Origin: Eledone cirrhosa
Lineage: Eukaryota
Direction of reading: 5' to 3'
Length of the DNA: 64,000 bases
Assembly: GCA_964016885.1 (NCBI GenBank)
Contig: OZ024740.1
Location: forward strand, 231,198,001 to 231,262,000
The notes under the pieces are model-generated. The model did not search any database. It was not told the origin of the DNA and was given only the letters and a program-made list of their open reading frames with translations. Positions 55,861-64,000 of this stretch are shown here, in pieces. Position 1 is the first letter of the stretch. Each line of letters opens with the position of its first letter. The translations under genes were made by a program, and so were the position numbers.

Positions 55861-56290
55861 ACATATATGAGAGAGAGGAGTAGGGGTAGGGGTGGGGGGG
55901 GGGGAGATGTTACTAATTAATACTAATATGAGCATTATTCTAATTAGTACTCCATATTCTAAGGAAGTAGAATGTAGATATATAAAAACACCTAGTCCAA
56001 GTTTTCATTGTTATTTGGTTCTAAGAAGAGGCAACCAGCCGTAGAAAACCAATCCCAAAATGGAGTATATGAGCATTATGAGGTCATCTGACCTGTCTGG
56101 CTTCATATCGAGACAGCCTGTCTAACTCATGAAAGCATGGAAAATAGACATTAAACTGTGGTGTTGATGATGATGGTTTGTATATATATCTATATGCACA
56201 TACACATTACTATTTTCTTTAAAGTATGGAGTACTAAGTAGTATAATGGCCTTACTAGTCTAACTGATAACATCTCCCCCCCCCTCCTCC

Positions 56291-56386
<96 letters not shown>

Positions 56387-57717
56387 TGAGAATATATATA
56401 AACAAAAGCAGATGCATTAAGATATTTGTTTTGCAGGGTCTTATGTTTTTGTGTTCAAATTTTTGCTGGGATCAATTTTTGCCTTTTATGTACGGAATGT
56501 TGATAAAACAAAATATATGGTCAATTATTGACCAACATCCTGCTCCTCTGTAATATTGGCCCTGTGCCTAGTCAGAAGAAATCAATATTGTTTGCTTTTC
56601 ATGCTTACTTGCTCTAATTTAACAGTTACTTGTCAGATTGTCCAAATACATTTTAAAGCTGATTTAACATTCAATACGAACTTAAAATTTAATGGTAAAT
56701 AATAAAAGTGATATTTTAAAAGCTGATTTTTTCCATGGCGTTATTTCTGTCACAGAAAATCTTGTTCTATAGATTTTAAAACGGTTATATTTTTGTTGTA
56801 TTGGAATATTGTAATTATTATGTAGCATTTGTAAATTTGAAATTTTTCCAGTAATTATTGTTTTTAAATTGAATAGAAAAACATAAAGAGTTGAAAATGT
56901 GAAGCTTAAGGTCAATGTTTAATTGTGCTAATTAGCTAAGACAAACCAGAAAATGATTTTGTGTGTAAAAGTTATAGGGAGCCATTGAATATTGTGTAAG
57001 TATTGTAACCAATAGAGTTATTTTTGGCTGGTTGTCAAGAATATTGCACTTCCAGTGCATTAGCTGATCTGGCAGGCAAGATTTTACATGGAAACTTTCT
57101 TCAAAAATATTTTGTAACAAGGAAATGCTAAGAGTAGGCAAAATCCTTTTACTTAGGGCTCATAATCAATAGTGGGAGGGGAGATTAGAGTGAGGTGGTC
57201 TAGCAGTGATCAATAGCCTGGCTCTCAAACAGATATGAGAAATTAAGAGATCTACTTGGTTTTATGACAGCAAATTAGCTCTATGATATGAAAAATCATG
57301 TTATATAATATACACCTATCGACAATTGCTATTCACTGCAGCTATGAGACATGAACAGTAAATGTATATTTACCTGCTGTTACCATACCTGTGCTGTTGA
57401 AGTCTGAAAGAAAAAAATTGATTTGGATAGGCTATGAAAGAGAATCAAAGACAATAGTAGTTTGTTCTATTTTGTTGTGTGTGTGTGTGTGTGTGAATAT
57501 ATATATATACACACATACAAATATATATATATATACACACATACAAATATATATATATACACACATACAAATATATATATATATTTTTTTTTCTTTTAAG
57601 AAAACTGTTATGTGTGGTGAGATCTTGGATTTAGACTAAACTCGTGGATAAATAGATTCTGAAAATTGGATATAGAATGTTGTGAAATCATAATCAACTG
57701 TTTTGTATTTGTATTTT

Positions 57718-58010
57718 AAGGCAATGAATTGGCAGAGTAGTTAGAACATCAGATAAAATGCTTTGTTATTTGTTCTGGCTCTCTGCTTTCTGAGTTCAAA
57801 TCCCACTGAGGTCAACTTTGCCTTTCATCCTTTTTCTGTCGATAAAAAAAAGTACCAATCAAGTACTGCAGTTGATTTTTCCTCTGTATCTATTTCTCAC
57901 CTCCATTCTTCCACTCTCCAGCCTTCTCTGGAAGAAGTCTGTTGTGTTCAGACCTGGAAAGGAGTTGAGCTCTGTCAGGCTTAAAAATGCCCAAGAAATG
58001 CTGTATGCCA
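57718..58010 (+). mobile_element. S1 SINE fused to repeat U
   Basis: Same layout as 11490-11820. Confidence 0.7.
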
Positions 58011-58406
58011 CACACACACACAACTAAATGTTACTGACAAAGCATTGGTCCACCCCACACTATAGTAGTAGATACTTGCTCAAGGTGCCACATAGTGGAA
58101 CTGAACTCCAAACCATATGGTTGTAAAGTCTTCACTCTAATACTGCACATGTTCACAACAATCTGTCTATTAGTAAAAATACTATAAACATTTTAATTAA
58201 CATTAACCTTCTTTTTAGACATTTTCTCCTCAATCATTATAGGATGTTAAGTGTTAATACATTTTCATAAAAACATTAGATGTTAAGTATAAAAAACTTC
58301 TTTCTCTAAGACAATTTTTTTTTTAATGTGTTATTAAAATTAGGGAAGAGGTTAGCTGCAAAATATAAGTGTGGGTTCTGTGATCGTTGGACATTATATA
58401 ATAAAA

Positions 58407-58600
58407 GGGCAGTGGATTGACAGTATCGGTAGCGGGTCGGGCGCCATGCTTTGCAGCAAAGAGTCACGGCTCTTTATGATCTGAGTTCAAATCCCACCGA
58501 GGTTAACTTTGTCTTTCATCCTTACGGGGTCGATAAAATAAAGTACTAGTAATGCACTGGGATAATTGCTGACCTTGTGCCAAAAGTAGAAACAGTTATT
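58407..58600 (+). mobile_element. S1 SINE
   Basis: Full head, B box, central domain and caaaagtagaaac end. Confidence 0.88.
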
Positions 58601-58622
58601 ATACTAGGCAAGCGTGTATATA

Positions 58623-58671
<49 letters not shown>

Positions 58672-59120
58672 TACTATATATATATAAATCTCACATACAG
58701 ACACAGACACACACACATGATTGATGATTATAATGGTGATGACTTGAGTTTTTTAATATTTTTTTAATAGGAATTCACTCATTGAAACTTTCTAATCCTC
58801 ATAAATCAAAATGTCAGTAGGAATTACTCAACATCCCATCCACTTGTGTGTGCTTATGGTCATCTTGTCACTGTGTAACTAAATTGGGAGAATAAATCTG
58901 TACTTTGAAAATACTATACTTAGTTCTGCTAGAGAATCAGTAAAATTCTCACTAAATATATGTGAAAGTTATTCTATAAAAGATCACACTTAAAACCGTA
59001 ATTATCGATATCACTTCTGCTCTTCAAAAAGGTGAGAATTAACTTTAAAAATCACTTCACAAAGCAATTTTGTGTATGCATGTATATGTCTGACATCGGA
59101 ACTAGTGTCCTCAACTAACT

Positions 59121-59330
59121 TATCCTCCAGAGCCCGTAGCAGTAGAGATTTCTGGTGTTCTTGGCCTCAGGACCACATTCCTACTCACAGCTATTGGAGC
59201 AGAGCTGGCTGCCCACAGGTGCAAGCCTTGTGAGATGGAGTGGCTGTTCCAGTGTGTCTCCTTTGCTGTCCTCTGGGGCAATACATTCTTCATCCTGTCA
59301 GCTGGGACCAAGAAGCTGAGGGTATGTTAG
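59121..59330 (+). pseudogene. CRE-like RLE C-terminal fragment inside 104-bp direct repeats (58961-59064 and 59398-59501)
   Basis: EPVAVEISGVLG..IGAELA..EMEWLFQCVSFAVLWGNTFFILSA; homologous to 29670-29830. Confidence 0.68.
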
Positions 59331-59634
59331 TTGGAGGGGTAGGATACCCATTCAATTGTCACATATACATGCGTACACAAAACTGAACAACTTGCTCTGT
59401 GAAAGTTATTCTATGAAAGATCACACTTAAAACTGTAATTATTGATATCATTTCTGCTCTTCAAAAAGGTGAGAATTAACTTTAAACATCACTTCACAAA
59501 GTTATTCAATCATACCAAGGTGTATTGATTTGGACTGTGATTATATGGATAATAGATGAAAAATGTTAACTGTTTTATTATTGATTTATATTAGTGTCCT
59601 TTATTGTTGTTGTTGCAGTGGTTTGACAAAAATA

Positions 59635-60040
59635 ATGGTTTCTAATTTAGGCACAAGGCCAACAATTTTTGGGGAGAGGAAAGTCAGTTAAATCGACCCC
59701 AGCGTGTTACTGGTACTTTATTTTATTGACCCCGTAAGGATGAAAGGCAAAGCTAATCCCGATGGGATTTGAACTCAGAATGTAAAGGGCTGTTACTTTA
59801 TGCCACAAAGCACATTATTTTAGTTTATAGTGATGACATTATTAGGAAGGGCGGTGAATTGGCAGTATCGGTAGAGGGTTGGACGCCATGCTTTGACGCA
59901 TAGAGTTACGTCCCTTACCATTCTGAGTTCAAATCCCGCTGAGGTTAACTTTGCCTTTCATCCTTACAGGGTCGATAAAATAAAGTACCAGTAATGTACT
60001 GGATAATTGTTGGCCTTGTGCCAAAAGTAGAAACAATTAT
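59635..60040. mobile_element. Head-to-head S1 SINE pair (59635-59815 -, 59848-60040 +)
   Basis: Both carry the B box and central domain. Confidence 0.85.
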
Positions 60041-61260
60041 TAGGAAGAACAAATGAATGTTGATAGATTGGAAAGAGTGACTTACTTTAGAAAATGTCAC
60101 ATTTGCTCAGTTGTAATGAGGGACTTTAGAAAATTTCACATTTGCTCAGTTGTAGACCTCTTCATAGCTTTTATACATGCAGGTATGGCTGTGTTATTAA
60201 GAAGGTAACTTCATAACCAGCTTGAGTAAGTTTCTTTTAAAATAGCCTCAGGTTGATGAATGTATTATGAAGGAATTTGATTCACAGAAACTCTAAATAC
60301 AGCTCACAACACACACACGTGTGTGTGTGTGAGTGTGTCAGTTTACTAACACTGCTTTAGGGACAATGTTTAAAGCAACCAGTTATATTTGTTTACTTTT
60401 CATATAAACAGTTCTGCAACATAGCAGTTGAAGATGAGTGGTATATATCATATGTATGAAAATAAAGTAAAGGTTGACACCAGGAAAAGCTTTAGAAAAT
60501 CTGGTTCAAAACGTCTCATCCAATCCATTCCAGCACAAGGAAAAAAAAACTGGACATAAAAGCAATGATGTTATATACTATATGTATATAATCATGTATA
60601 CTGAACCTTTCTCCACAAAAATATGACATGAAAAACCAGCATGTGACTTATCTACTGAACCTACAAAACCTTAGTTCAAAATATATGTTACATTGTAATG
60701 GGGTAGTGCTGATGCCATGATAAAATACTCCCAGTGTTCACTGTAAAGTGGTTGGCATTAGGAAGGACATCTAGTTGTAGAAATCAAGCCCAAATCAGAA
60801 TGTATGAGCAAAACATGGTCACGTGAACACACCTCAGAACATGACAGTCTGTCTAACCATGGTAAGAAACTCTCAGGAGAGCTGGACAGTAGAAGGCCTT
60901 CAGAGAAGAAACCCCACCTCAAGCAAGTGTTTCAGCCCAACTTCATGGAAAATGGGCAATAAATGATGCTGATAATTGTAAATTGGTATGTTAACTCATA
61001 AGATCCTACAATCATTTAGCAGAAAATATCTAAAATCAGGGTTGTTAATTCAAATATTTATAGTATAGTATCTTTACTAGTGGACAGATTGTTGTAAAAC
61101 ATTTGCAGTATTAGAAGAAAGATTTCAATTTTTAATGTGATGCAGTCATATTGCTGGTTTGGACATTTCAAGAATAACTTGCTAATGTGGTTTCGTGTGA
61201 ACCAGGACGTTAAGAGTTAAATTGAGGCGTGGCTTATCTACTAGCACAATTTACACCCAG

Positions 61261-61730
61261 GTAGATGATGATAATGGTGAAGGTGGTGATGATGATGTTG
61301 GTAGGGATGATGATGGTAGTGGTGGTGGTGTTAGTGATGGTGATGGTGGTGGTGGTGGTCATGATAATGATGGGGTGAGGGTGAAGATAGTGATGATGGT
61401 GTTGTTGAATATGATGATGATAGGGTGAGGATAGTGATGGTGATGGTGATGGTGGTGGTGGTGGTGGTGGTGATGATGGTAGGGTGAGGGTGAGGATAGT
61501 GATGATGATGATGGTGGTGGTGATGATGGTAGGGTGAGGATAGTGATGGTGGTGGTGGTGATGATGGTAGGGTGAAGATAGTGATGATGATGGTGATGGT
61601 GGTGATGGTGATGATGATGATGGTGGTGGTGATGGTAGTGTGAGGGTGAGGATAGTGATGATGATGGTGGTGGTGGTGGTGATGGTAGTGTGAGGGTGAG
61701 GATAGTGATGATGGTGGTGGTGGTGATGAT
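61261..61730. repeat. Compound (GAT/GGT)n with a higher-order gtgaggatag unit
   Basis: Direct reading. Confidence 0.93.
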
Positions 61731-61846
61731 ACCATGGGCCATATATAGGTTCACAAAACTAAGGAGAATGAATCTCCTAGCTGGTAGTGTCGGCCTCTTT
61801 TCACTCTCTTGATGTCATTGTTGTTGATAATCTCAGTAATCTACAT

Positions 61847-62145
61847 AGCTGCTGCTGTTGCTGCTGCTGTTATTGCTGTTGCTGCTGTTGTTGTTGTTGT
61901 TATTGCTGTTGCTGCTGTTGCTGCTGTTGCTGCTGTTGTTGTTGTTGTTATTGTTGTTGCTGCTGTTGTTGTTGTTGTTATTGCTGTTGCTGCTGTCGCT
62001 GCTGCTTTTGTTGTTGTTGCTTTTGTTGTTGTTGCCTTTGTTGTTATTGCTGCTGTTGCTTTTGTTGTTTTTTGTTGCTTTTGTTGTTGTTATTGCCGTC
62101 ACTGCTGGTGTTGCTGCTGCTGTTGCTGCTGCTGCTGTTGTTGTT
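61847..62145. repeat. Compound (GTT/GCT)n microsatellite
   Basis: Direct reading. Confidence 0.95.
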
Positions 62146-63139
62146 TTTAAATTAAAGATGTTTATAATGTCAAGAGATGTTCTGACACTAATTTCTTGTA
62201 TTTTATTGTCTCTTCTATTTTCTTGTTTGCTGTATAAACAGGTTAATTTGCTTTAAGGTTCAATAAATAAAAGAGAGACTAACTGAATATGATTGACATT
62301 AAATAAACTATCCAGTCTTGTTCAATCATGTCAGTAGACCTGATATAGCTGTTAATTAATGTATATAATTAATTCATTAACTTAGCAGCTTTTATGCTTC
62401 AATGTTTTTGTTTTCATTGGCTGAAAGGTTATGCTAGGCCAAAAAAAAAAAAAAAAGGTGTATTCTTATATTCTTATATTAATACCCTCCCTACAGCACT
62501 GGCTAGCCTACACATAGCCATAATCTCTGTAGGCACAAAATAGTCTTACCATATTATCCCCAATATTTCATCTAGAACATGTATGGTCTAGACAAGCAAG
62601 ACCAACAATTAATTGATATTTCTCCAAATGTTTGATCTAGTCCACATTGTTATTGTAAATTTGTATGTGGCTTTTAAAGTCATAACAATAACAACAGCAA
62701 TGAACAAAAGCAAATGCAAACACTGCACCTAATGTCTATTTCTAACCTTTTATGGTCATTGTGATTACCATTACTAGAAAAGCTCTTGCTTTTGTTACAG
62801 AGCCATATATTTTAGCATTATGTATTTATCTAATGGAATAGTAATATTCTTGAGTGATACATACACGCACATATGCACACATGCGTACGCATACACATAT
62901 ACATTTGATTATTGAGATAGGTGAAATCATGACTGTGGTGCCAAGTGGTTTTGGCTTATACAAGCTGAAACTGCTTGGTACCATGGCCAGGATTTCACAT
63001 ACCTCTATACCCACTTAGCATCTCCCCATGCATTGAGTACCTCCATGATTAGTGGTCTTCCCAGTCTCAACACTGTAGACTCTATATATACATTTATGAT
63101 AATATATTAATATATATATATATATATATATATAACCCA

Positions 63140-64000
63140 TGATGGAATTGTAGGGGTGCTCTCATGACACACAGCATTTCTTGGCATTTCTCGAGAAAGA
63201 AAGAGCACAAGAGATAACAATTTTGTACTGTTCGTTCAGTATCGCACTTATCCCTTGAGGATCCTCGGTCAGTGAGCCATTTTTACCCAATATTGCAGTG
63301 TACCGAGATACTCTTTTGCAAATTCAAAGAAGGTCTTAGGGTATGTTTTTATGTTTTCTATGGCCCTGGTGTCATGGAATTATGGCACCTGAACAAAGGC
63401 AGACAGAATCCTTGTTGGACCTTACAAACAGACCCTTTATGGAACAAATGGTACTTCATCCAACATGAGGTGGGAATACCCTGGATCTCTGTTCCTCGAA
63501 TAACATGGAGCTCATCCACAATGTGAATGTGACACCAATGATTTTGTCAGACCATAACATAGTAGAACTAGGAATGTATAGTCCAAGAAAGACTAGATAT
63601 ACAGCTGACAAGAAGCACTCAGTTTCTATCCAACTTAAACTTCACAGACATACCCTCTGTAATTCAGACAACCTCCCTCACAAGATATGCTGATGACATG
63701 AAAGTAGCACAGGCAATCAAGAAACTGGTTGATGCTACTTTTTTACAACAAGAATTAGATGTCATATATGGATTGGCTGAGGACAACAATATGCAATTTA
63801 ATGCAGGTAAGTTTAAAGCCCTCTGCTATCAACCCACAAACATAGGATCACCACAACAAAGGTAGACAGGAGCAGGAGGAATAAAATCCCTAAGTCAAAA
63901 TCAATACTGGACCTGGGTATTGACATGAGCAATCATGCACACATCACCGAAATGCCAGCAATGGGCAAACAACTGGTGGGCTGGATTTTAAGGACATTCA
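63140..64000 (+). mobile_element. Degenerate, internally deleted CR1-group LINE
   Basis: LIHNVNVTPMILSDHNIV (APE end), YADDMKV..LQQELD..NNMQFNAGKF, DLGI, GWILRTF. Confidence 0.78.

Noticed and set aside
61222-62256. Poly-His, poly-Cys, poly-Leu and poly-Asn ORFs
   Set aside because: Trinucleotide microsatellites with no domain or splice support.

Overview
AT-rich, repeat-saturated eukaryotic DNA, most likely from an octopus or related cephalopod. This is an inference from the tRNA-derived SINEs, the RTE elements with (GAT)n tails and the huge degenerate (TA)n arrays. No host protein-coding gene can be confirmed; only weak candidate micro-exons were seen. Most long ORFs in the track are microsatellite artefacts. 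The real coding remnants all come from transposons: two RTE LINE families whose RT carries an inserted PHD-like finger, a CR1-group LINE with a 736-aa open ORF2 segment, a Naiad-like Penelope-like element (PLE), two other PLE GIY-YIG remnants, two CRE-like endonuclease fragments, a complete non-autonomous Helitron with a Pif1 fragment, and mariner derivatives. The most notable patterns are: (1) about a dozen hammerhead-ribozyme motifs in PLE ends, several with reproducible non-canonical cores supported by covariation; (2) nests in which unrelated retroelements are separated by (TA)n arrays with domain-wide strand polarity; (3) recurrent head-to-head inverted insertions; (4) minisatellites arising at 5'-truncated element ends; (5) an RTE apparently split over 16.7 kb with a 15-bp duplication. 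Coordinates were read by eye and element boundaries are approximate.
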